DNA of 64,000 bases, taken from contig MU058103.1 in NCBI GenBank assembly GCA_013265495.1, forward strand, positions 876,870 through 940,869. The letters run 5' to 3'. Origin of the DNA: Vicugna vicugna. Its lineage: Eukaryota. The notes under the pieces were generated by a model. That model did no database searches. It saw only the letters and a program-made list of their open reading frames with translations, and was not told the DNA's origin. The position numbers and the translations under genes are program-made. The first letter of the stretch is position 1. Every line of letters starts with the position of its first letter. Of this stretch, positions 28,280 through 40,320 are shown piece after piece.

Positions 28280-28605
28280 ATATATGTTCATTTAACAAAT
28301 ACTTGAGTTTCTACTATGCATCAGAAAACATGTCAGGCACTCATAAAATAAGATACAAATGAAGATATGGGTCCAACTTTTGTCCAGAATTCTGTTCCTC
28401 GTTCATAACAATGACCATCAGCCATCTACAAATACTGTCAAGTGACCTGAACTGAATACCTCTCTTAATCTTAAAATTTCTATGAGAAGTTAATAGGTCA
28501 AAAGCTGAAGGAGGATATAAAACAGGAACACCAGAGAACTATATCACTAGGTGAAAAGTGGTGAGTGCTATGAGAGAGGTCCAGATAAAATACTGGGCAG
28601 TTCAT
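28280..28605 (-). mobile_element. L2 3' end interrupted by a 109-bp insertion
   Basis: 'ttcatttaacaaatacttgagtttctactatg...tgtcaggcact' before the insert and 'gtgagtgctatgagagaggtccagataaaatactgggcagttca' after it. Confidence 0.65.
28395..28503 (+). repeat. Dispersed 109-bp direct duplication, copy 1 (partner 41157-41265)
   Basis: Hand alignment: ungapped, 15 mismatches in 109 bp. Confidence 0.9.
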
Positions 28606-29959
28606 TTATTCCCCAAATACAAGTATTTTCCGCTCTTTTAGAAATCATGAACCCTCAATATTTTCCTTATTTTTTAATCAGTGGAGAAAATAAGATCTAA
28701 AGGAATGAAGTCATGCTGGCTCATCAAGGTCTCCTGTCCTAGGCAGTCGAACTGGTTAGCTCAGTTAGCACTGACAATCTTTTATGTGCCAGTCCTCTTT
28801 CTAATCATTTCCCATGAATTGGCATAACTGATCCATGAAGTAGTTACTTTGATTATTACCGCTTATTGGTAAGGACACAGGCACAGGAAAGTGGAGTAAT
28901 TTCCACAAGTTTTCTCTGATTGTAAAAGATAGAGCCAGGGTTTAAACCTAACTGGACTGATTCCTGAGTCAACATTCTTAATTCTGATGTCACACCATCA
29001 TGTAAAAAAAAAAAAAGGCATGTTTCCTCCACTGGAAAACAGATACTTCGGTCCAGCGTGGAAATGCTATCACATATGCACGTACAAATTGCCATAGAAG
29101 CTCAGAGGAGGAAATCCGGTTGCAGAATGTGTGGGGGCATGGGAGAGAAGGTAAGAGCATACCTAAGTTAACCTCCAAGGACGAGTAGGAGTTAGAGAAG
29201 AGAGGAACAAAAAGAAATCTACGCCCAAGGGGAGGTAGCAGCATAAACAAAGCCAGTGTCATTTTAAAAAAAGAAAATTGACTTTAGGAAGCAACAAATA
29301 AAGCAGACCCCACCTCCAGCAAAACTTAATAGTTACATTTCTTAAAACCTCCAAGGTGGGGAAAAACTAGAATGGAGGGAGACCGCTGTGATCTGTGCAT
29401 ATATAAATGTCCTTATGCGTATTTTTTCTATGTTAAAATAAATGATTCATAATAGCCTACCAAATAAAGACTATCATAAGCAAAATTTAAAGTCTTTGAG
29501 TAATAAAATAAGTGAATAATTGATATTTATTTACCATCCTGTAATTCTTGGAACTTGCTGAAAATAATTTAGAATATCTCATTATCTCACTTGCTCTCTT
29601 TCTCTCTCTCTCTCTGCCTCTCTCTCCCACCCCAGTTTTCTCCAGCCTAGAGAATTCAAGATTGTTGTTGAGAGATTTTCCACTGCTGTCTTTATCTTTC
29701 TTAAGGATTCATTTGAATCCTATTCCTACCCTGTCATAATTTTGTCTCATATTCCTATTTCAAATATTCTGTTTTCTCTCTTTATAAAAATTATTCACCA
29801 AAATGGAAATGACTTAGTTTCTTTGCTGTGGAGTAAAAATACTCAGCTACTAAAGCTCTATTTAGAAGACAGTGCACTTGTGCTCCCAGTACAAATGAGG
29901 ACACTCCAAATGGAGAGAAAATAATACTACAGATTGGAATTACAAAACCATAGTAAGTG

Positions 29960-30175
29960 AAACAGGAGTGGCTCCAGAGAAAGAGATACTGATCTTGAAC
30001 TCCTCGCTTCACCTCTTATTACCAGTGTAACTTGGATACAACTACCCTCTTTGAACCTCAGTTTCTCACCTATAAAATGTGGATAATAATAGCACTCACA
30101 GGAAATTGTGTTGCGTTTTAAAGAGACAGTTCACAGAAAGGGCTTAGCGCAGTGCCCAGCACATTGAAGGTGGTA
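29960..30175 (+). mobile_element. MIR SINE
   Basis: 'ctctttgaacctcagtttctcacctataaaatgtggataataatagcac...gcttagcgcagtgcccagcaca'. Confidence 0.85.
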
Positions 30176-31059
30176 CAAAACGTCACTCTGGACAGTGGGG
30201 AAAGTGCCAGGTCATGATAGATCTTGTATAACTTGCTAAGAATGTGGAGTTCCCTCTGTGAGCCCCAGGACTCCATGTAAAGGATCGGAGCAGTGAAGAG
30301 ACTGGGTCAGATCCTTATTTAAGATGGATGACTCTGCCAAGTCAATTGAAGATGGTCTGGAATTGTGCAAACCAGCAGCAGAAATGGAGCGAAAAACAGG
30401 GAACTGGCCATTCATTGAGTGCATTTGTTCAGAATGCATATATTCTGACTTAGCACCTACGGGTATCAGTTTATGGCAAAGACAATACTGGAAACTTTAA
30501 AATGTCAGGTTCCTATCCGAAAAAGAAAAAAGTTGCTTTTAGCAGTTACTCTGAAAAACAGGGTTTAGTAATTCCGTGGCTTCCCTCAGGACCTTAGGTA
30601 TGATGAAGTCTTTTACTTGTAAACGTACAAGGTGTCGTTTTTAACTGAAGTGAGTATAAAACTGCATGTCACTGGAGGTCAAGCTATTTCTCTCTAAGGC
30701 CACAGAGACTCTGCCAGGAATTGATGCCCTTTTCCCAGCCAAGCCCTCTGTGCAGGGTCGCACCACCGGTATTTTCACCTTGGAATGTGACTCCAAGAGC
30801 GTTATACACTGATGTGATTTTCTCTTCCTCAGCCGGTACGCTTGGGGCATAGTCTTTATCACAAGTCCTTATGGTAAAGATTCAGTGAAGTGTGTGTATC
30901 TCTTTCTTTTGAGGGCAGTAAGACGAGCTGTAGGACACAAATGCCATGGGTAGCTGAGACACAACAATCTATTATTCATCACTCTACATTCATCATCTTT
31001 TTAGAGTCAATGGCCAAGACGCCATTTAATTCTGGCTTTTAACTATAGATGTGGATTTT

Positions 31060-31954
31060 TTTAAACTGAAGTGTCATTTATATCATATTAGTTTCAGGTG
31101 TAAATCATAGTCATTAATATTTATATACATTTTGAAACGGTCACCACAATAAGTCTAATTGCCGTCGGTTACCCTGCAGAGCTATCACCATATTACTGAC
31201 AATATTCCCTATGCTGTACGTGGCCACTTGCATTTGCCAACCCCAGCCAGGCAGGGAGGGAGCGCTCCAACCACGAAAGCACTTAGGCTTCACCAGTGTG
31301 GACGGAGCGGGCCACTGTCACATGCCCCACGTTCAAGCTCACCCACCTGTGCTAGCAGGTTGAGTTGAAAGTGCAACATTGGCGCCTGCCAGCCCCTCCA
31401 TCTCTGGGGAGCATTTCCACCATCTGCTACCTGGTAGCCAGTGCTTTCTAACTGGCAAGTGAGTCTCCTTCACACATAGTCTGGGCACATTTCAAGCTAC
31501 TGTTAGTTCACTGGGTCTCAAAGAGAGTGAGCCCCCGCACGAGCCCTTTAAGAGGGAAGACTTCGTTTCCTACAGCACTTTGGGATCCTTGGACGTCAGC
31601 CTCATTGTTTCCTGAGCCAGGCATTTTAGGGGCTCATCTCTCTGTAGATCCTAGGGGCTAGGGCACCTGATGTCGGGTGCTGACCCCTTGCTCCCCTGGG
31701 AGAAATGCCTGTCTGGTGAGATCCCTCCCTGTTGTGTGTTGTAATGCTGGCGTGGGATTTTGGGTGAGAGCATTTCGCTGCCTCTGCTACCCATCGAGGT
31801 GTGGTCCTTTGTATCTTGTTGTGAAGCAGGTGCTCATTCAGTTCCCAGGTTCTTTCCAGAGGGAGATGACCCATATGAAGCTGTGTGTTTGTTGTGTCTG
31901 CGGAAGGGGGTAAGTTCGGGCTCTTTCTATGATGCCATATTGAACTACCTTCTC
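31060..31954 (-). mobile_element. Internally deleted L1: 5' UTR fused directly to 3' end
   Basis: 31060-31220 is an L1 3' terminus (T-tract, 'ttagtttcaggtgta...atattccctatgctgtac'); 31221-31954 is GC-rich L1 5' UTR-like sequence starting 'gttcaatatggcatcatagaaag' on the minus strand; TSD-like agatgtggatttt / agatgtgcatctt. Confidence 0.75.
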
Positions 31955-32284
31955 AGATGTGCATCTTGATCTTAACTATTAACTATTTTCCACTTTGTAC
32001 CACATGCTCCAATGATCATAATAAGTATAATTAAAGAACTATGATTATATCTCAAGTGCCTTATAATGCCAGCAAAAGTTGCTTATGTCCCTTGTATGAA
32101 TTCTTTCAATAAAGCTCTACCCTATTTAATAGGGAGGGTAAAACATTATACCTATTATATAGATAAATACAATATTCAACCTGTTGTACAGATTTTTTTT
32201 ACTAGGAGTTTTGGTAAAGTCATCTTGGAGCTAGTAAAGGGCACATGTCTAGGGCTCTTTCTAGTGAATTGTGACCTTTTAATT

Positions 32285-32728
32285 TAATTTAATTTTTATC
32301 TTTTATTGAAGTATGGTTGCTGTACAATATTATATAAGTTAAAGGTATACCATATATTGATTCGCAGTTTGTAAAGGTTATGCTTCTTTAATAGTTATTA
32401 TAAAATATTGGCTATATTCCCTGTGTTGTACAATATATCCTTGTAGTTATTTTACACTTAATAGTTTGTACTTCTTATTCCCCTATCCATATACCCCCCT
32501 CTTCCCCATTGGTAACCATTAAGTTTGTTCTCTGTATCTGTGAGTCTGCTTCTTTTTTGTTATATTCACTAGTTTGTTGTATTTTTGAGGTTTCACATAT
32601 AAGTGATATCATACAGTATTTGTCTTTCTCTGTCTGATTTCACTTAGCCTAATGCCCTCCAAGTCCATCCATATTCCTCAAATGGCAAATTTTTGGTTTT
32701 TTATCATTGAGTAACAGTCCATTGTATA

Positions 32729-32759
<31 letters not shown>

Positions 32760-32768
32760 GAAAACATC
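32285..32768 (-). mobile_element. L1 3' end (first copy of tandem/nested pair)
   Basis: 'ttttattgaagtatggttgctgtacaatattatataagtt...ggtaaccattaagtttgttctctgtatctgtgagtctg'. Confidence 0.9.
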
Positions 32769-33862
32769 TTTTTATTGAAGTATAGTTGATTTACAATGTG
32801 TTAATTTCAGGTGTACAACAAAGTGACATATTATTTTTCAGATTCTTATCCATTCTAGGCTATTACAAGATATTGAATATAGTTCCCTGTGCTATAGAAT
32901 AGGACCTCGTTGTTTGTCTATTTTATATATAGTAGTGTGTATATGTAAATTCCAAACTCCTAATTTATCCCTCTCCCCTCTTCCCCTTTTGTTCACCATA
33001 AATTTTTCTTTGAGTCTATTTCTGGTTTGTAAATAAGTTCATTTGTATCATTTTTTTTTTAGATTCCACATATAAGTGATATCATATATTTGTCTTTGTC
33101 TGACTTACTTCACTTAATATGATAATGTCTGAGTCTATCCACATTGCTGCAAATAGAATTCTTTCATTCTTTTTATGACTGAGTAATATTCCATTGTGTG
33201 TATATATACATATATATATGTAATATATATTACATATTACATATATATATTACATTTTTTATATATATATATATGCTACATCTTCTTTATCCATTCATCT
33301 ATTGATAAAAACTTAGGTTGCTTCCATACCTTGGCAATTGTACATAATGCTGCTATGAACTTTGGAGCGCATGTATCTTTTCAAATTAGTATTTTGGGGT
33401 TTGTTCTGGGGGGGTTGAACCAGGAGTAGCTGGGTCAAATGATAGTTCTATTTTTAGGTTTCTTGAGAAACCTCCATAATGCTTTCCACAGTGGCTGCAC
33501 AAATTTACATTCCCACTAACAGTGTATAAGGGTTCTCTTTTCTCCACAGCCTCACCAATATTTGTTATTTGTTCTTTTTGACAATAGCCATTCTAACATG
33601 TGTGAGGTGATATCTCATTGTGGCTTTGAATTGCATTTCCCAGATGATTAGCATCTCTTCTGTTGGCCGTTTGCATTTCATCTTTAGAAAAATGTCTATT
33701 CCATTATTCTGCCCACTTTTTAATAGGGTCTTTTGTTTTTCTGATTTTGAATTGTCTGAGCTGTTTACATATGTTAGATATTAGTCCCTTATTTGTCATA
33801 CTGTTTGCAAATATTTTCTCCCATTCAGTATGTTGTCTTTTCATTTTCTCAATGGTTTCTTT
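32769..33862 (-). mobile_element. L1 3' end and ORF2 C-terminus (second copy)
   Basis: 'ttttattgaagtatagttgatttacaat...tcttctttatccattcatct...ttccacagtggctgcacaaatttacattcccac...gcaaatattttctcccattc'. Confidence 0.9.
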
Positions 33863-35574
33863 ATTTAAAAAAGTGGCTCCCCATACTCAGTCTTACTGTC
33901 TAGAAGAGATCACTTTAACTCTGCTAATTAATCTTATTATTTACTGTGGTCATTAATTTCACATTGCTAAATGAAATAATAACACTGCTAATTCTTGAGT
34001 TATAAATTTTAGACAAAATGTATTGGTTTGTGTTGTGATAGATGCGGGCTTATCACACTTAAACTGTGCCCACATCCCGAGATGAAGGAGGTTCCTGTGT
34101 AGAACAAGGTGGTGCAGGTCTCCTGCTGGGCCTCTTATCCCTACCTTATCACTGTCTCTTTTTGAATTTTAATCAAGTTATTCATGTCTCTAATTTTCAC
34201 TTGTCTTATCAGTAAAATGAGGCTAACACTTCATGAGTTGTATTTCTCAATACTTCAATTTCCTGAAACCTAAGATTTTTGAGGTAGTGCCAAATCATGT
34301 GGAGTCTTCTTAAATTCAAGGCCTCTCATTTCAATTCTGAGCCACAAAAGACTAGGCATTGGCTGGGGACTTAGAAGTACTTTTAGCCCCCCTTACTCCG
34401 GATTCCACAACCACAGTGCTCTGCTCTCTGATGGTGTTGGTACAGCCTACAGAGAAAACACACAGGATTGGTCGTTCTCTTTCACTACCTTCTGCTATTT
34501 CTGTAGATTCCTCAATCTCAGTTCTTTGATGGGCTTGGCATTCATTCTGTGGAATTCTCATGGTGCCTACAAGTGTTCCTTTTGGGAGATTAAACTAAGT
34601 AATGCCAGTGAAAGTGCTTTTTAAATTAAGAAATTATTCACCATAGGCATACGGTAATGGAGCTTGTAGTATTGTTGTTACTTTTGTAGTTTGGTCTAGG
34701 ACTTCTCTGGGTCTGACTTAAAATTAGAAGCTCACACTCCAGCATAGGAACCAATCTTCATATTTTTCCTGAGGGGCAAGCACATGGATTCTAATAGTAT
34801 ATTGAAACCAATTTTATGTCAACATCAAATTTTCTACCTCAGGTTAAAATTAGGTGTTATATATTTTTTCTGCTCCCTTTGAAGACTCGGTAGCATAATG
34901 TGTCTCTATCTTCTCAAAACATTATGAGGAAAGACAGAGGATTTGATAACATCTTCAATAAGCCAGTATTGGCTGGTGTATATGATCTGATCCTCCCTTT
35001 AGTAATGGGATGATTTCCTGGGGGAAAAATGCATGAGGATTTGCCTGCTTTGCTTGAAATGATTCAAAGGCTTGTTCCAAATCAATCTCTCTGGAGAAAA
35101 CTCTAGCTTGAAATCCTACCACCAATGGCTGACTTTGCTGTTATTTTTTTTCTGAAAAGCATGCACTTACAAATAATAAATGCAATACTGCAGAATTTGG
35201 AAGAATGACTGGGGAATTCCTGTTGCTATTGCTCAGTTCTTACAGTCCTCAAATCTCTGGCTTTCTGTCCATCATATTCTTAGTGTCTGGGTCAGACACT
35301 GCTTCTTACAAATGGTCCGAGCTCTGAGCAAAGCCCTGGGGTGCCTGCGCTACTTCTGAGCTACCACCAGCTTTCTTCTACCAAGGACTGGCTGCCTAAA
35401 TCCGCACAAGCATTAGACTATGACCACAATTCAGAGGGATGGTGCATTCCTCCTATGCAAGAAATTTTATCAATACAGTAGACCTTCTCAAGTATTCTAC
35501 CAAGTAAGGCTGCTCTGCTTTTTCCCACAACTTCCATGGAGAAATATACATTTTTGCCTTCTCATTATAAAAAT

Positions 35575-35790
35575 AATCTTTACCAAGACCATATTTGTGC
35601 CAAGCATATTTACCAGGCACTGTTATGTATGTACATTATCTTAATCCTTATAACAATGGCTATCCCCATCTACAGTGAAGACATTGAAACTCATAAAGGT
35701 GAAACAATTTTCCCAAGGTTATTCAGAAGTGGTCTTTGAGAGTGGGTCAGTCTGGTCTCACTTGCTGTCCTTTTTCCATTACATCACACA
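35575..35790 (-). mobile_element. MIR SINE
   Basis: 'ccaggcactgttatg...tatccccatctacagtgaagacattgaaactc...tttcccaaggttattcag'. Confidence 0.7.
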
Positions 35791-36054
35791 GGTAGGAAAA
35801 TTTTCTTTCATTGTAATTTGGTTAAGGAAAAACTGGTACAAGATGAAACTTTTGGTGTCATTTGTGAGTAATTCTCATTTTAGAGAGAATTTGGTTATCA
35901 TTGTAATTATTCATCCATTCTCATCCCATCATATGTCTCTGTAATTATACTAGAAGCTGAGGATAAAAAAATGAGTCAGCCATGACCCTTGCCCTCAAGA
36001 AACTCAGTTTAGTTGAGAGTGGCGTGAGGGGTCACATGCTCTCACTAAATGATT

Positions 36055-36485
36055 TGTACTAGTCAGGATAGGGTAATTGCTGTTACAGTTACTCCCCAAA
36101 TCCCAATGACAATGAAATAAAAGTTTATCAGTCAAATCACAATTCAGTGTGGGTGCTGGGTAAAGAACAGAGGTTCTGTTCTAAACATTTCTTCAGGGGC
36201 ACAGACTTCTTCCATCTTGTGATTTCCCTTTTGTGTAGATCCCCAGATTCCTTGTCATTCATCTCCTGAATGAAGTATAGGAGCAATGATTGGTATGGGA
36301 AGTTTACATGGGTTAGAACTGGGCTGGAAGCATCGCTTCAGCATCACTCGTGTTCATCTGTTACATTGTCCAGAATATAGTCACATGACCAGATCTAACT
36401 GCAAGGGAAGCTGGGAAATGTAGTCCAACTCTGTGGCCAGGAAGAAGAGGACTTGCATATTGGTGAACCGGTAATCTCTATCATA
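36055..36485 (-). mobile_element. MaLR solo LTR (MLT1J/K-like)
   Basis: 'tgtactagtcaggatagggtaattgctgttaca...agtcacatgaccagatctaactgcaagggaagctgggaaatgtagtc'. Confidence 0.8.
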
Positions 36486-36569
36486 TCCTTCTATAGTCTA
36501 TTACAGTGAGAATTAAAAAATGAATATTAGTTATCCAATAAGAAGTAAAGGTAATTAGTATGAAAGGGA

Positions 36570-37380
36570 ATTCATTTGTTTACTTGTTCAATGCAAAATA
36601 TGAAGCACTTTAAGTTGTCCAGGTAGTTTTGTAGATTCCAGGATTGCATGACTGAGCAAGATAGGATCCCTGTGTTTATGGGAGGTAGATTACAGCAGGA
36701 GGGGATAATAAACAAGTAAGCAAGAAAATACCCACTGGAGATACATGTTGTGAAGGAAACAGAATATAGTGATGTGATATGATAAAGTGTCTGAATGATT
36801 CCTTTGGCCTGGCTGGTCTGGGTGTTAGGTATGCAAAGAGGAGGCAAGGGTGTTTGGGAGAACGTAGCAGGTTCAGAGAAAACAGGTGTGACTTAAGTAT
36901 AGAGTATGGAACATAGAGAGAAGTGATGAAAATGTGACTGCCCAGCTAGGTTAGGACCAGATTAAAGGAGCTTAAATGATAGGTTAAAGGGTCTTTTTTT
37001 TTTTTTTAATATGTATGTTTATACTCTAGTCAATAAGAATCCATTGCCGCGGGGAGCAACACAATCCGATTTTGAAAAGCTTTGGCGGCTTTAATGTGAC
37101 TAAACTGGAGGAGCTAAGATGAGAAGGAGGAAGACCAGACAAGCTAGTTAATCTGAAGTGCTGAACTGAGGAAGAAGCAGCATGGGTTTAGGAAGAAGGG
37201 GGGACACTGCAGAGACGTTCAGGGGTAAGATGGGCGGGGCTTGCTGACTGACAGAGTGAGGAGGAAGGCTGGAGGTCAGACACCTCTTCAGTTTCTAGTC
37301 TGGGCCACGGTTGCTCTTCCTCAGGAGACAGACAACACACAGGGTGCCAGGGGGGCTGGCTGGGCGCGGGACGGCAGAGG
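36570..37380 (-). mobile_element. L2 fragment(s)
   Basis: 'ttcatttgtttacttgttcaatg...ataataaacaagtaagcaag...atacatgttgtgaaggaaacag...cagtttctagtctgggccac'. Confidence 0.7.
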
Positions 37381-37996
37381 AGATCTGAGTTTGCTTTTAG
37401 CTTTTCTTTGTCTATTTTACATAGTGCTCGAGAATTCTTGAGAGCTTGTTAGTTGGAAATCCACGCTCCGTTTTCATTTAAGCATTGTGTCTAATAACTT
37501 TTAAAACTCTTTTCATTCTTCTGTGTTCTAGAGAAAGAGAAAAGACAGAAGTAATAATACAGTATTTAATGTGCTTTGTACATTTTGCTCACAACCTTTC
37601 ATTTTGGCCTCATTACAAACACTTGGTGTCTAGTCTCTCTCCCCTGTGGGATATTTCAAATTCTCACTAGAAACAAACCAATTCATGACTGAAACCTGCA
37701 CTCACAGGTATTTGGTTTTCATTCCTCATTGTCCTCGCTGAGAATCAGATACTACATTGGTCATTTTTATCGCTTTTTTAAAAAAGCACTTTTATTTAAA
37801 TGAAAGCACTATTTAGCTATTTATAAGTGTTACAAGCTGTTGCTATTTTTCAAACTGTTCTCAGACTGAGACTTTCATCTATGTGGAAAGAGATTTAATA
37901 AACTTTCAGGGAAAAATAACAGTTTGACCGGCAATTACTTTTAGTAGCAAATCGACTTCACAAATCAAATTTTACCAAACTTAAAAATAATAAAGA

Positions 37997-38120
37997 TATC
38001 TATCTATAGATATATATATATATATAAATAGACAGGTAATCTCTATCTAGTTATCCAGAGACAGACGGAAAGACAGACAGGAAGAGATTGTTTCTGTTTC
38101 TCTGGAGAGCCCTGACTAGT
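37997..38120 (+). mobile_element. MLT2 LTR 3' end with TA-rich repeat
   Basis: 'attgtttctgtttctctggagagccctgactagta' matches the MLT2 terminus. Confidence 0.65.
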
Positions 38121-38124
38121 AAAA

Positions 38125-38410
38125 GTAGTCAGGAGAGAAACCAGAATGAAGTGCAGGAGTGAGCCTCATGGATATCAGGAGAGGAATATTCCAGGCAGGC
38201 AGAAGAGCCAGTACAGTGGTCCTGAGGGGGGAGAAACAGCAGGGATACCAGCGTGGCTGGAGTGGATTTAGCAAATGAAGAATGATTAGAGAGGCATTCT
38301 GTGGCCGATTCTTGTAGAACTTTATTGCCATTGTAAGGGTGCTAAGTTTTATTCGAGATAGAATGGACAACTATCAAAAGGTTTTTGGTAGCTCACTCTC
38401 AAATGGCTCT
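38125..38410 (-). mobile_element. L2 fragment
   Basis: 'gagtgagcctcatggatatcaggagaggaatattccaggcaggcagaagagccagtacagtggtcctgagg'. Confidence 0.8.
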
Positions 38411-38469
38411 GAAAAAGACTAATAATAATGGGTGTACATTTATACACACACACACGCATGCAGAGGAAG

Positions 38470-38630
38470 ACAGAAGAACAGAGAAGAGGAAAGAAGAACA
38501 CATGCAATGAAACTTTAACTGTTGGGGAAACTGGTTTCAAGCATATGCGAGTTCTGTGCACCATACTTGCAAATTTTCTGTACATTTGATTTTTTTCAAA
38601 GTAAAATATTTAACACATTTTTTAAAAAAT
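38470..38630 (+). mobile_element. Old L1 3' terminus
   Basis: 'gagttctgtgcaccatacttgcaaattttctgtacatttgatttttttcaaagtaaaa'. Confidence 0.7.
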
Positions 38631-39949
38631 TGTGACTCATTTGAACACTCATGTCTTTGGAGTTAGAGAGAACTGATGTCAGTTGTCACATATAGATGGG
38701 TGATCTTGGGCAAGTCACTTGATTTCTCAGCGTCTTCGTTATTCTTGTCTTCCAATTGGTATATACTTTGATGACTTTTTGTAGTACTTCAATTCCATGC
38801 ACATAGAGAGAGATTAACAGGCACATAATAGATAGTCAGCTAACACTGGCTATTATTACAATGGAAAATAGTATGTGCAGATTACCAGAGGAATTTGCAT
38901 ATTTCTCAGATATCAACATCAACAGATAACAACTAAAATATGAAGTATAAATTTATAGAGCATGACTTCAGGCATCTGAATAGTGGTGTAGGGAGAGTTG
39001 GGGGCTTCCATTCAGACCAAGTGTCTATTAAATATTGTCTGTGTTACAGGAACAGTGCTTGGGATCACAGAGTCAGAGACAAACACTCTTACTCCAGAAA
39101 GATTTTCCAGTCTATAGTGAAGAGAGAGAAGAATGCAGTTCATTGTTCTGTAGTGTAAACATAGAGGTATGTTCTAGAGGTTCTAGAACATGTTCTAACG
39201 GTAAACGTAAGGTGCTACGAAAGCAAAATTGATGCCCACCTAACTCATTTGTTGGTAACAGGGACAGTATTAATGAATAATATGAACTTACCAGAAAAAC
39301 AGAAATATTTGCAAGGGATTTTACACTTCAAACTTCTGTTTGGTTATTTTTATTAACGTTGAAATTTATTTCCCTCATATCCACTGAATGTGAGTTACTT
39401 TACTTTAAACATTTTTTTTTCTAGTTGTCTTTTTCTTATCTCCTCAGACTAAAAGAACCCTGTAGATGTAAGCAATTCTAATGCCAACTAAAATTTCACT
39501 TAAGAGATCATCGTTAAAGAGGTGCCTATGCTAAAAAAATATCTGCTTTCTAAACTAAAATTCCTAGTGTATTTCCTTCTTTTTTCTTAAATGATTTAAC
39601 ATGCTTGGTGCAGCCTGGTTCGTTTCCTCCTTTGTTGGTTGCTTTATCAGCCATCCAAGCATCCACTCACATGTTCACCTGCATTCTTTCTTATTCCAGA
39701 AAGGCTTGACATGGCATACTTTCTGTGAAATCTTTTGCTTTTCAGTTCTTACAGGACATTATTAGAAAGTGAAGCTGATTAAAAAAGAAATGGGTCATAT
39801 CTCAGGTGCCCTTCATAAATGTCAGCTTGGGGAGACTGTGATTACTCTAACACGGCTGCCAGAGCTCCAGATCTATTTGGATCTCACACAGGAAACTGCC
39901 ATTAACGTCTCCTTAGCTTCCACCCACAACAAGAACCACAGAAGCAGGT

Positions 39950-40320
39950 TGCTACATGTGGCTTTTACGACTGACAAATCCTAGTATTAGAAGTGACCAT
40001 AGCAGTCATGGTCGATGACCTCCTCCACTGCATTCTCACAGCCTTGTTGTCCATCACAGACTTGACACGATGGCCACCTTCTTCCAGTGCAAAACCTCAT
40101 GAGGGTGCCCTGTCAAATTTGTGTGGGTCTAGTTTTGTCAATATCTCTCCACACGTTGACCCATATATGTGCATATATACAGTAGTTTCTGCCCACCATC
40201 CTAAAGCCATCCTCTACCACTGCATGCATTGCACATAAGTCCTTTCACAGGACAACCATTCCAACCATTCAACTGTTCAAGACTATTAGCATCGAAAAGA
40301 TGGACTGACCTCGACACCTC
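39950..40320 (-). mobile_element. Ancient RTE-clade LINE fossil (L4/MamRTE-like), ORF C-terminus
   Basis: Minus-strand frameshifted peptides in canonical RTE order: QSIFSML..QL.WL, QKLLY....GQR, HWKKVAIVSSL*W, DC...LGFVSRKSH. Confidence 0.55.

Noticed and set aside
30324..30500. 58-aa + strand ORF MDDSAKSIEDGLELCKPAAEMERKTGNWPF... with good Kozak context
   Set aside because: No recognisable homology or splice context; this length is expected by chance in 64 kb.
34352..34561. 69-aa minus ORF with GCACCATG and an internal 50-nt exon-like unit (34397-34446)
   Set aside because: No recognisable protein and no partner exons; motif-only evidence.
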